Source: a virus
Taxonomy: Duplodnaviria; Caudoviricetes
Reading direction: 5' to 3' (one strand)
DNA: 52,150 bases
IMG/VR virus record: IMGVR_UViG_3300037200_000348
Coordinates: 1-52,150 of that record
In this document: positions 8,587 through 16,798 of the stretch, piece by piece
Layout of the letters: the number at the start of each line of letters is the position of its first letter
How positions within the stretch are numbered: the stretch's first letter is position 1
Translations under genes and position numbers: made by a program
Notes under the pieces: model-generated
Databases searched by the model: none
Told to the model about the DNA's origin: nothing
Seen by the model: only the letters and a program-made list of their open reading frames with translations

Positions 8587-8619
8587 AAGAAAACCCTCCG
8601 GACTGGTAGTCCGAAGGGT
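8584..8619 (-). terminator. terminator/attenuator hairpin overlapping the initiator RBS
   Basis: ACCCTTCGGACT-acc-AGTCCGGAGGGT followed by TTTCTTTT. Confidence 0.6.
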
Positions 8620-8742
8620 CGCAAAAGTGTCGCGAGGCGATCTCTGCTTCGGGCATCCGGTCGATACGGGCCCTGGTCCGTACGACCGTTGCCCAGGAGC
8701 ATACATCCGAGAAAAGGCAGCCTGGCCTGGCCGTCGCTCTCG

Positions 8743-8871
8743 CTACTGAGACTCTATCACAATCCGCCGTCGGGCGCAAGGGGCTCGCCACGCGAGCACC
8801 ACGGCAGCGCCGCCGACGACGACCGCGAGAAGGGCGATGCGCAGCTTCATAGCAGCAGGAGCGATCGTCAT
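8743..8871 (-). CDS. small single-TM protein (42 aa)
   Basis: Manual translation MTIAPAAMKLRIALLAVVVGGAAVVLAWRAPCARRRIVIESQ. Confidence 0.35.
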   Translation of the reverse strand: MTIAPAAMKLRIALLAVVVGGAAVVLAWRAPCARRRIVIESQ

Positions 8872-8880
8872 CATCAGCCA

Positions 8881-9117
8881 TCACGAGCCCGCCTTCCGGT
8901 ACGATCGTTTGCGCTGCCCGCGCTGCCCGCGTTTCGCCTCCGCACACGCGCGACTACAAAACAAACCTGCGCGCCAACTTTGCCCATCGACCGGGATTGC
9001 GACGTTGAGAAACACGCCCATGAGGTCGCCGCACTCGTCGCATCGGCCGTTCCAGGGCTTCTCGCGGTCAGCCATCACGCGCCCTCCGAAAGAAACGCCT
9101 CGGCCTCTTTGCACCAC
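8881..9117 (-). CDS. small Zn-binding hypothetical protein
   Basis: CDECG...FCSRAC; true start probably ATG near 9075 (MADREK). Confidence 0.55.
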   Translation of the reverse strand: MVQRGRGVSFGGRVMADREKPWNGRCDECGDLMGVFLNVAIPVDGQSWRAGLFCSRACAEAKRGQRGQRKRSYRKAGS

Positions 9118-9821
9118 ACCATGTAGCTCGTCACGCAGTCGCCTGCCATGGTTTCGGGCTCGTTCGTCACGATCGCTTCGAGGAGACTCGTGTATCGGCG
9201 CCGCTCGGAGGCAACCCGCTCCGCGACATACGCCGCTACTGCGTCGACTACGCCATCACGGTCGGCATCGAGAATGGCCTTCCGAATCCGCGCCCGCTCG
9301 TCGTCCGGTGGCTGCAGCATCGTCGGCTCCGTTCGCTCGGGCGCGGCTACGGCGTCGATGGCGCGGATAGTTTCGCACGGGTACGGAATGACGTTGCCTT
9401 CACGGTTTTCGCACACCGAGCATACGCGATTCGTCGGAAGTCCCAACGCCATGCGCGTGGCGTCCCCAACGAGGTCCGGCGCGTGCAACTCCCGCACCGC
9501 CGCTATCGCTGCCTCGGCGCGGGTGGCGCGTTCGTACAGCGCGGCATGTCGTTCGTTGATTTCGCGCACGCCGCGCTGAATGACACTTTCGCCTTCTTCG
9601 TCGTCGCCCTCCGTCACGGCAACGTCTTTGGGTGGCGGAGCCGGTTGCGAGGCAACGTGCACACCCTCGGCACCGCAAACGCACGGGATGGCAATGCACG
9701 TCTGGCACGGCACGATCATGCCGTCCGGTTGCCGCGCTTGTTCGAGCGTCATTGGGTGCGGATTAGGCGGCTCGCATCGTTTCCCCCAATGCTCCGGCTG
9801 TCCGCAAAGCACGCATTTCAC
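9075..9821 (-). CDS. hypothetical protein with several CxxC motifs
   Basis: GTG at 9821 overlaps upstream stop; VRELH.P...CSVC...YPCETIRAI. Confidence 0.65.
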   Translation of the reverse strand: MKCVLCGQPEHWGKRCEPPNPHPMTLEQARQPDGMIVPCQTCIAIPCVCGAEGVHVASQPAPPPKDVAVTEGDDEEGESVIQRGVREINERHAALYERATRAEAAIAAVRELHAPDLVGDATRMALGLPTNRVCSVCENREGNVIPYPCETIRAIDAVAAPERTEPTMLQPPDDERARIRKAILDADRDGVVDAVAAYVAERVASERRRYTSLLEAIVTNEPETMAGDCVTSYMVWCKEAEAFLSEGA

Positions 9822-10012
9822 GGTTTTTGCCCCGCACATTTGCGTAGCACATGCGCGACCACCGAATGTATCGGGGTTCCCGCATCGTCGCCCATTTCGG
9901 GGTACCAACGGGCCTGAACGCGGTGCCACGTATCTAGGTCTTTATCGCCGCAAAACATGACCCGCACAAGGTCGTTGGCTTCATCCGCAGTCAGCGGCGT
10001 ACTATCGGGCAT
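9818..10012 (-). CDS. hypothetical protein
   Basis: GGAGG RBS before MPDSTPL. Confidence 0.55.
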   Translation of the reverse strand: MPDSTPLTADEANDLVRVMFCGDKDLDTWHRVQARWYPEMGDDAGTPIHSVVAHVLRKCAGQKP

Positions 10013-10187
10013 CTTGGTTTCCTCCAGGGCTCGCGCCCAACGTATCGTACAGTCCGTAATGCGGCGGACACACCCACCATTGAAAGCTCCAGGTTTGCAG
10101 CACGGCATCCAGCCACTGCAAGAACCTAACGCGCTTCGTGTTCGGGCAACGTCCGTCTGCGTCGGTCACATAGCAGCGCATGGTCAC
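10002..10187 (-). CDS. small hypothetical protein
   Basis: Overlap-coupled with both neighbours. Confidence 0.45.
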   Translation of the reverse strand: MTMRCYVTDADGRCPNTKRVRFLQWLDAVLQTWSFQWWVCPPHYGLYDTLGASPGGNQDAR

Positions 10188-10798
10188 GATTGCACCGCGC
10201 CGTCGAGGGCTGCGCGTATTCCGCGCGCAGCGAGTCGATGAATAACTGCGACGTCATCATTGCCCCGCGAGAATTGCGAGGCGAGTTCTTCGTGTGCCGC
10301 CGCTTCTGCGGCACAGGCCGCCAGCTTCGCCTCGGCTGCGGCGAGGGCGTCGCGAAGTTCGGCGATCGTCGTCGCCTTGAAGTCTATGTCGTCGCGCAGG
10401 TGCCCGAAGTCTGAACCGCAACACCGACAGCGTTTCCCTGCGCCGGTGCGATTCTGACGCATCTTCTCCGACTCTGCGCGCGCCGCGTTGACTTCGGCGC
10501 GGCATCGTTCGATTTCGGTTTCCAGCATCGTGCAGCGCGAACGCCAATGCTCGGGATTCGCCACGTACGATCCCTTGAGCCGTTCGTGCTTTTCGAGGAG
10601 TTCATTTCGCTCCGTCGTCACGGAGGCCAAGGCATCAAGGAGTGCCAAAACTTGCTCGGGCCCAGCCGCTTCGTGGAAGTCATCGTCAAAGTGTTCGGGC
10701 CACCCGGCGATGGAATCGTCGAGCCGAATCGCTTCAAGTAAATCCGTCGCGGTACTCTTCATGGCCGCGATCTCGGCGTCGGTGAGAGGCGCGCTCAT
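10184..10798 (-). CDS. Ead/Ea22-like coiled-coil protein
   Basis: EAAGPEQVLALLDAL resembles the Ead/Ea22 AANPATVLALLDEL motif. Confidence 0.55.
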   Translation of the reverse strand: MSAPLTDAEIAAMKSTATDLLEAIRLDDSIAGWPEHFDDDFHEAAGPEQVLALLDALASVTTERNELLEKHERLKGSYVANPEHWRSRCTMLETEIERCRAEVNAARAESEKMRQNRTGAGKRCRCCGSDFGHLRDDIDFKATTIAELRDALAAAEAKLAACAAEAAAHEELASQFSRGNDDVAVIHRLAARGIRAALDGAVQS

Positions 10799-11082
10799 CG
10801 CTCACCTCCGAGACGCCGCGCGGCTTCACGCAGTAAGCCTTCCGCCGAATGTTTCCCGTTGCAGTCGCTATGCACGTGCGGCAGTGCTGCCCGCTCCCTC
10901 GCCACCTCCAGCAACTTGTGCGCGAGAGCGGTGTCGGGATGCGCGGCAAGGCGCAGAGACTTCAGAATGATCGAACCCGCAGTCGTCGGGGAATCCGTGT
11001 ACGGGTAAGCTTGAAGTCGATCGGCAGATTCGCGCTCCTCGGCGCTGAGCACCGGGACGAGGTCGGGCGCGTCGGGATTCAT
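10795..11082 (-). CDS. hypothetical protein
   Basis: ATGA overlaps on both sides. Confidence 0.6.
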   Translation of the reverse strand: MNPDAPDLVPVLSAEERESADRLQAYPYTDSPTTAGSIILKSLRLAAHPDTALAHKLLEVARERAALPHVHSDCNGKHSAEGLLREAARRLGGER

Positions 11083-11804
11083 CCCGCGTTCACTCGTTCT
11101 TGCAGTGTGAGGATGAATTGCGCGGCCTCGCGCTCGCTAAGCTCTTCGCGCGGCATGGAGATAGCACGGCCGACCTGCGACATAGCAACTTTGAGCGTTG
11201 CGTTACGAACGCCGTTGCTGATGGTGCGGAGTTGCTCAAGCAGGCCCGTGATGAGCTTTGCCTGTAAGTCCGAGATGGTGCCGGGGGCGCCATTGAGGAC
11301 ACCGCGTTCCGTATCGGCGGGCTTCTCCGCCTCGCGCTTCTCTGCGGGAGGCTCGGCGACGCGCTCGGTCGGAACGCATAGCACCTTCTGAATTGGACCA
11401 TTGAATTTGAACGAAATGAGCCAAACGTAATCGTCTTTCTGCTCCTTCGTTTCGTCTCGCTCTTCGCCACGCGCACCGCGCGAATACGCGACGCACTCCG
11501 GCATCTTGCGCGCCTTGTTTTCCGGGAAGTGGCGGCGCTTCCAAACCTGCCCGAGGCGCTCGACGCACTGCTGCTCCGAATCGCCATCCTTGATAACGAA
11601 GTGCCGCGCGCCGATGAGGCGCCAGTCGAACTTGTCGGCCATCGCGAGCGGAAGCACCCAGCCGCCATCCGGCGGCTCTCCAGAGGCCCAGCCCTCGCCG
11701 CCCATCGTGCGCATGATGTCGTACGGCGTGTAGCCCGTGCCAACGTCGATCGAGATACACATGCCGATGCCGTTGACGAGGTGGAGCTTGCGGTCGATAC
11801 CCAC
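11079..11804 (-). CDS. ddrB: DdrB-like ssDNA-binding/annealing protein
   Basis: GWASGEPPDGGW.LP....FDWRLIGAR, RR...RKMP....YSRGA and YVWLISFK match my recollection of D. radiodurans DdrB (GWTSGEIPSGGYQFP....FDWSLIGAR, IKYSRGA, YVSLAIFR). Confidence 0.8.
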   Translation of the reverse strand: MGIDRKLHLVNGIGMCISIDVGTGYTPYDIMRTMGGEGWASGEPPDGGWVLPLAMADKFDWRLIGARHFVIKDGDSEQQCVERLGQVWKRRHFPENKARKMPECVAYSRGARGEERDETKEQKDDYVWLISFKFNGPIQKVLCVPTERVAEPPAEKREAEKPADTERGVLNGAPGTISDLQAKLITGLLEQLRTISNGVRNATLKVAMSQVGRAISMPREELSEREAAQFILTLQERVNAG

Positions 11805-12319
11805 TACTGCAGGCCTTTCTTCGGAGCTTCGTGCGGTATAACGACAAGACTGTACGTCCGTTCGCCGTACACGAGCGCCTTCTTGCGAATCGCCGCGAGG
11901 GGATGGTCGTCGCCGTAGAGGTCCGCGTATTTCTTGAGCGCCGTCGCGTTGGTCTTCAGGACGGGCTCCGTCGGCACGATGCGAAGAATCATCTCGTCCT
12001 TCTCGCGCTGCGGAATATCCGGCAGGTCGAGGATGGCGAGAAACTCGCTCTCGCGCTTATCGAGTTGCAAGGCGTTGGGCGAAAGTTCGATACGCATCGT
12101 CGCATGCGGAAGCCGCTTCGACTTCGCATCGTTCATTCGCGCGACGAGTTCCGCGCGTATCCCTTGTGCTGCGGCGGACCATGCGGCGACCTCTTCGAGC
12201 GCGCTGCGCCGGGCGTCCTCAACAAGCAATAGCTCTTCGACGAGCTTGTCGACAGAGGCATCGGCATGGGGACGCGGCGGCGGCGGTGCGGCATCCGGGA
12301 CGGCATGCAAATTCGCCAA
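11804..12319 (-). CDS. possible Gam/Gp157-like recombination-module protein
   Basis: N-terminal coiled coil followed by beta-rich region; first gene of the recombination operon, coupled to the ddrB-like gene. Confidence 0.45.
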   Translation of the reverse strand: MANLHAVPDAAPPPPRPHADASVDKLVEELLLVEDARRSALEEVAAWSAAAQGIRAELVARMNDAKSKRLPHATMRIELSPNALQLDKRESEFLAILDLPDIPQREKDEMILRIVPTEPVLKTNATALKKYADLYGDDHPLAAIRKKALVYGERTYSLVVIPHEAPKKGLQ

Positions 12320-12330
12320 CTGAGTACCTC

Positions 12331-12440
12331 GAAAAAAGAAGTGCGGCCCGGATACCCGGAGAGCTTGGCGACTCTTTTGGGCCCGAACCGCTGGAGGGAT
12401 TCCGCTGGTCTCGCCTGTGAGGGGTTGGCCACTCGGAACG
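12331..12440 (-). ncRNA. candidate structured leader or sRNA
   Basis: Follows a promoter, 5' GAGTGGCC can pair with 3' GGCCGCACTT, ends in TTCTTTTTT. Confidence 0.35.
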
Positions 12441-12445
12441 GGTTT

Positions 12446-12474
12446 ATGGTAGCAAAAGTCAAATAGAAAGTCAA
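12446..12474 (-). promoter_or_regulatory. promoter of the recombination/replication operon
   Basis: TTGACT-17nt-TACCAT; two AAAGTCAA boxes and an adjacent TGCTCGCT at 12483. Confidence 0.7.
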
Positions 12475-12530
12475 GGGCTAACTGCTCGCTGTCAAGGAGT
12501 CAGGAGTCGCGGGCAATAAACGGTCCATCC

Positions 12531-12779
12531 ATGGAAGAAGGCACGCGCCCGAAGAAGGCTCAAATACGCTGGCTCCCAGAGCACATTGCGTTCGTGGCCG
12601 CTTCATATCCGACGCATACCGTTACCGAGCTTTCCGTCGCGTTCTACAAAAAATTCAAGCTCTACGTGAGCCCATCGGCCATCGGATTCGTGCTTTGGAA
12701 GCGCGGGGTTTGGAAGCGCGGGGTTCAGAAAATGAAAAAGACGCCCAAGGGACCAAAGAAGCGGGCCGCGCAGCGCTGA
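12531..12779 (+). CDS. small basic, probably HTH DNA-binding protein
   Basis: RWLPEHIAFV...TVTELS..F...F....SPSAI pattern, Lys-rich tail, divergent from the 12446 promoter. Confidence 0.5.
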   Translation: MEEGTRPKKAQIRWLPEHIAFVAASYPTHTVTELSVAFYKKFKLYVSPSAIGFVLWKRGVWKRGVQKMKKTPKGPKKRAAQR

Positions 12780-13201
12780 AACGCTCGCCACTAAAGCGAA
12801 AGACTCCGCTGAAGCGCAGCGGCTCGACGTGCGCATCCGCGCAGTGGAGGCCCTCAATCGAATCGGAAAACTCGCGCTCCCCGTCCCCACGATCTAGTCG
12901 CGTACCGAAGCGCGCGAAACTACCAGGTCACCTTGTGGTTGCGGGCTATCGCGAGGACGGCGCGGTGCGCGGTGAACAAAGGCTTAATAAGCGCTCGCAG
13001 GCGCCTGCCGTGGAGCACGAAGCTCTGGTCGCCTATCACGCGGCGAGGATTCGCACGGTATCGGTTTACATCGAGAACGGAGAGATATGGCAAGCGCTAG
13101 TCGGGGAGCTTCTCCGAGGCGACGTCGTGGGGACGAAGCGGACGCTGCGCAGGGATGCGTGGACGACCACTCGCTCGCGCGCCCAATCTCTGTTCTCGTA
13201 A
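12695..13201 (+). CDS. hypothetical protein (start uncertain)
   Basis: LKRSPLKRKTPLKRS segment like Nin-region proteins; precedes RusA. Confidence 0.4.
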   Translation: MEARGLEARGSENEKDAQGTKEAGRAALKRSPLKRKTPLKRSGSTCASAQWRPSIESENSRSPSPRSSRVPKRAKLPGHLVVAGYREDGAVRGEQRLNKRSQAPAVEHEALVAYHAARIRTVSVYIENGEIWQALVGELLRGDVVGTKRTLRRDAWTTTRSRAQSLFS

Positions 13202-13776
13202 CGGCGGACGTTTGCGTTATCACCTTGCCAATAGGCGCTCGCTACCCGACCCAGAATACCATATTCGCGGAAGGGGTACGGCGTGGCCGAAAGACTCAAG
13301 AATATACTGACCTTCGTCTGGCAGCCAAGCTGGGGGGCGAGGCGGCTCGCCGCGGTGGCTTTCCCTTCATCGACGCACCCGCCCGCGTCGAGGTGGTTCT
13401 CTACAACCCAACTGACGCCACGATCGACGCCGGAAACATCGGTAAGGTCGAGTTCGACGGACTCGAAGACGGTGGCCTCATCGCAAACGATAGACTCTTC
13501 CGTCCCCTCTCTCTCGACGCCGCGCCCGGAGCCAGCGGACCGCGCCGCGTCGTCATTGTCATCTGGGCTCCTCGCGGCGCGAACCCTGGAAGAGATGCAC
13601 CGCCTCGGCGCACTCGAAGCCGCAAGCCGTCCGTCGCCACTCCCGGCGCCCCCGGCGATGCACAAGCCGCTTACCGACAACCAACGGGAGGACTGGGACG
13701 CCTACAGGAAGTCCTTAACGGGCACCGACCGCCGACCCCGGAGGAACGCGCGGAAATACTACGACGCGCTCGTTGA
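13087..13776 (+). CDS. rusA: RusA-like Holliday junction resolvase (true start probably near 13200)
   Basis: ITLP...P; IDAGNIGKVEFDGL...GLIANDR matches RusA DxDNxxKxxxDxL...DD. Confidence 0.75.
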   Translation: MASASRGASPRRRRGDEADAAQGCVDDHSLARPISVLVTADVCVITLPIGARYPTQNTIFAEGVRRGRKTQEYTDLRLAAKLGGEAARRGGFPFIDAPARVEVVLYNPTDATIDAGNIGKVEFDGLEDGGLIANDRLFRPLSLDAAPGASGPRRVVIVIWAPRGANPGRDAPPRRTRSRKPSVATPGAPGDAQAAYRQPTGGLGRLQEVLNGHRPPTPEERAEILRRAR

Positions 13777-13994
13777 CTCATTTGACTTGTTCGCAGTACA
13801 CTTCCGCCATGCATGCGCGCAGTGGTTCTGGGTTCGCCTCCTCGGTCGCTGCATCGTTTGCCACGCACGCATGAAGCCGGTGTGGCGGATGCCCTACGGT
13901 GAGCGTGGACGAGCCTGCGCGTCCCTGCACCGCTGGCACAAGGACTAATGCCGTCAAGAAAATGCGAGCGCTGTTCGCGCGCGGAGGAACTGGA

Positions 13995-14624
13995 ATGGGT
14001 AAAGTAAGCGTCTCTATAATTCGTCAAAACGCCCGAAATGCCAACGTAATGCAGCCGGAATTTTTACGAAAACTACGTGCTGGAATCGAGGCCAACGACG
14101 GGCGTTACCCGCCCTTAGATGTGCGCGAGTTGGGAACTAAGCCTGAGACATACGAACTTCTCGACGGCCACCAACGCTTTTCAGTGCTCAAAGATATGGG
14201 CCACACCGAGGTCGAGGTCACAAACTGGGGAAAAGTCTCCGACGTCGATGCTGATAGGCTCCTCGTCTCCCTCAACCGGCTCCGTGGAGAGGACGACGAG
14301 TACAAGCGCTCGTCGATCATCGCGAGCCTCATGAAGAACTTCGCGTCGATGAGCGACCTCGCGAAAGTCATCCCCGAAGACATGAACGGCGTCAACAAGA
14401 TGCTGCTCCGCTACGAAGGCGGCATCGAACTCCCGCCAACCGGCAAGCAGACGGAGCCGGACCCAACTAAGCCCGTCCGACTCACCTTCGTGCTCTACTC
14501 GGACGCCGCTTCGATCGTCGAGCAATCCATTTCCCGCGTCGTCGCTGAGGCGTCGCTGGAAGGCGACAAAAACGCGCGGAACCGCGCGTTGGAACTCATC
14601 TGCGCTGACTACTTGGCGGGCTAG
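13995..14624 (+). CDS. ParB/Srx-like N-terminal domain protein
   Basis: NARNAN..., PPLDVR, YELLDGHQRF, LNRLRG; GGAGG RBS. Confidence 0.8.
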   Translation: MGKVSVSIIRQNARNANVMQPEFLRKLRAGIEANDGRYPPLDVRELGTKPETYELLDGHQRFSVLKDMGHTEVEVTNWGKVSDVDADRLLVSLNRLRGEDDEYKRSSIIASLMKNFASMSDLAKVIPEDMNGVNKMLLRYEGGIELPPTGKQTEPDPTKPVRLTFVLYSDAASIVEQSISRVVAEASLEGDKNARNRALELICADYLAG

Positions 14625-14863
14625 GCTCGCGCTTCGGCCTTCGTGATACTCGCGAGGGCAGCGTCGACTGGAAGGCCCTTAGCACGCAGCCGCTTTGCCT
14701 CTTGCTCCAGGAGCCGCTCGAAGAAAACGCGCTGCGGCTCTTGTGTCACGACGGTGCACGCCTGCAACAAGCGCCGCCGGTGACGACGAAGATGAAATCC
14801 CTGGGATACTAACATTTCGTCATAGGGCAATTTTTTGCGCCCCGGCGTTTTAGGGGAGTTCAA
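14621..14863 (-). CDS. small basic protein, possible ribbon-helix-helix regulator
   Basis: PGRKK...QGFHLRR...FFERLLEQ; own promoter at 14902-14931. Confidence 0.45.
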   Translation of the reverse strand: MNSPKTPGRKKLPYDEMLVSQGFHLRRHRRRLLQACTVVTQEPQRVFFERLLEQEAKRLRAKGLPVDAALASITKAEARA

Positions 14864-14901
14864 GAATCAGCCTTTCTGACCAACTAGCCATGGCATATCT
14901 C

Positions 14902-14931
14902 AGTGTAACATGCGCTCGCTGGTTTTGTCAA
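14902..14931 (-). promoter_or_regulatory. promoter containing the GCTCGCT motif (inverted)
   Basis: TTGACA-18nt-TACACT with TGn; spacer AGCGAGCG. Confidence 0.65.
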
Positions 14932-15083
14932 TTTCCTCGAACAGGCCGCCTTCGAGTGGCTGCGGCGGCCACGGCGGATTGCGAAGCTCCAGCAATTCTT
15001 GCGACAGCGGGCGCCCGGATGCGATAGCTCTTCGCTCGGCCTCGGCGAGCAGCTTTCGATCGAGCCCAGAGTCGTCGCGCACC

Positions 15084-15518
15084 TCACCGCAGCTTCCCGT
15101 GCTCGCGCCTAATGAGTCTATCGACAGATTCTCCGGCCGTCATTCCAAGTCGTCGGCCGAGTTCGCGCGCCATGCGTATGGCCTCGGGGTCGAGCTTGAA
15201 AGGCGGCACGCGGCGTACGGACAATCGACGCGGAATTTTCTCGCCAGCCTCCTGAAACTTGCGATAGCGAGCGAAGCTCGTGGCAAGCCATGAAAACACC
15301 GTTGGCCCCGCGGAGGCGCGCACGTGCATATCGAGACTCTCTAGCGTGCGGCTCCGCCGCGGCCACGTCGGGTCGCCCTGGACGTGCGCGGCCATCTCGG
15401 CAACCGACGGCGCGGGCCGGGGCTGCTTTGCGGCCCACAGAAGCCACTGCGTATAGGATGGGTTCACGAGGTGTTGACTCACGAACGCAACGGTACCAAA
15501 AAGGGCCGTTCCGCGCAA
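15084..15518 (-). CDS. YozE/SAM-like plus C-terminal RHH regulator
   Basis: YTQWL...AEMAAHVQGDPTWPR (YozE-like); FKLDPEAIRMARELGRRLGMTAGESVDRLIR (RHH-like). Confidence 0.5.
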   Translation of the reverse strand: MRGTALFGTVAFVSQHLVNPSYTQWLLWAAKQPRPAPSVAEMAAHVQGDPTWPRRSRTLESLDMHVRASAGPTVFSWLATSFARYRKFQEAGEKIPRRLSVRRVPPFKLDPEAIRMARELGRRLGMTAGESVDRLIRREHGKLR

Positions 15519-15550
15519 CTTTTATTGACATTTTTCGCTCGCTAACCCTA

Positions 15551-15579
15551 TTGACATTTCCTGCTCGCTAATATAGAAT
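15551..15579 (+). promoter_or_regulatory. strong early promoter with GCTCGCT motif
   Basis: TTGACA-tttcctgctcgctaata(17)-TAGAAT then GGAGG; partial tandem copy TTGACAtttttcgctcgct at 15525. Confidence 0.85.
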
Positions 15580-15594
15580 CAAGTTGGAGGTTAT

Positions 15595-15954
15595 ATGATT
15601 CGAACCAAAGAGGGCAAGATACTCACGGGCGAGACCCGCTCTGCCGATGCCAAATTTTTCTACGTCAGCATTGTGAGCGGCGAGAACTACGGTCTCTTGT
15701 ACGGTCCGCTCGCGAGCTACGAAGAGGCCGATGCGAAAGTCGCGCTTGTGCGCCAAGTCGCGCAAAATACGAACCCGTCGCAGGCAGCGTTTGCGGCGTT
15801 CGGCGTGGCGGGAACGCCGGACGCAAGCCGCACCGGCATCTTGAATGCAGCGGTCGACGTGCTCGCCATCGACGTGCCGAAGGCCGCCCCCAAGCGACGC
15901 GTGCGCGGCCCGAAGCGTATCGAGGCCTACACGCACGACGCGGTGGGCCACTGA
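15595..15954 (+). CDS. early hypothetical protein
   Basis: Promoter plus GGAGG RBS. Confidence 0.75.
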   Translation: MIRTKEGKILTGETRSADAKFFYVSIVSGENYGLLYGPLASYEEADAKVALVRQVAQNTNPSQAAFAAFGVAGTPDASRTGILNAAVDVLAIDVPKAAPKRRVRGPKRIEAYTHDAVGH

Positions 15955-16187
15955 TGAGCGTACTCGAAAAAACGCAAGTCGCGCTCGACGCCGCCGTCGC
16001 TGGCGAGCATGCCGCCTACGCCGCTTTCGAAGACGCGTACAAGGCGCTGGTCGCGCACCCGTACTCGCGCGAACTCGCGCGCGGCTACGACGAAGCGCGC
16101 AAGGTATGGGAGCGCGCCGAAAAGCGTCACCACAGCGCGCTCGCGGCGTACTGCCGGACTGAAGACCTCGCGGTGCTTCATGGTTGA
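15954..16187 (+). CDS. early hypothetical helical protein
   Basis: TGATG coupling. Confidence 0.7.
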   Translation: MSVLEKTQVALDAAVAGEHAAYAAFEDAYKALVAHPYSRELARGYDEARKVWERAEKRHHSALAAYCRTEDLAVLHG

Positions 16188-16404
16188 GCGCATCCTCAAA
16201 CGCTGGGGTGACATCTCGCCGGACGCGTACCCGCGCTGCGTCTTCTGTGCACGCGTAGTGACCGGCGATTCCACAATGACATTCGCCAGTATCGAGCAGG
16301 TCGACTCCATGCTCCTCACCACGCCACGCGGCGCCCACATCCGCGGCACCGAATACTTCGTCTGCGACGACGAGCGCTTCTGCGATGGCCGAGGGCTACC
16401 GTGA
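16180..16404 (+). CDS. small Zn-ribbon hypothetical protein
   Basis: CVFC...CDDERFC; ATG at 16180. Confidence 0.6.
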   Translation: MVERILKRWGDISPDAYPRCVFCARVVTGDSTMTFASIEQVDSMLLTTPRGAHIRGTEYFVCDDERFCDGRGLP

Positions 16405-16448
16405 TTTACGCATCCGAAAAACTCCCACTTCTGGAAGGATAGCCCACT

Positions 16449-16778
16449 ATGGAAAACACCGCTGCGCCCCACGAAGGAGCCCTCACGAAGCGCCGCACGC
16501 GCATCTCAGCGTCATCCGCAAAGAGCGCTCGCGATGAGTACGAGGCGACCCTGCGTAGTCCGGCAATAACTGCCGAAATGGTCACCGCGTACGGCACGCC
16601 GGTCGGCGAGATGCCGCTGCAAGACGAAGACTCCGGCATGTGCTACATCGTCCGCGGAAAGTTCCTCACGCACGACGAACTCGACGGCATTCTGCGGACG
16701 GCGCTCACGGGCTTCGAGGTCGGCTACACAGCGGGCCACCGCGACGGCGTCAAGGCAGAGCGCGGCGACAGCGAGTGA
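16449..16778 (+). CDS. hypothetical protein
   Basis: AAGGA RBS; ORF track. Confidence 0.6.
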   Translation: MENTAAPHEGALTKRRTRISASSAKSARDEYEATLRSPAITAEMVTAYGTPVGEMPLQDEDSGMCYIVRGKFLTHDELDGILRTALTGFEVGYTAGHRDGVKAERGDSE

Positions 16779-16798
16779 GTAAGTACGCCCCAGATTTC

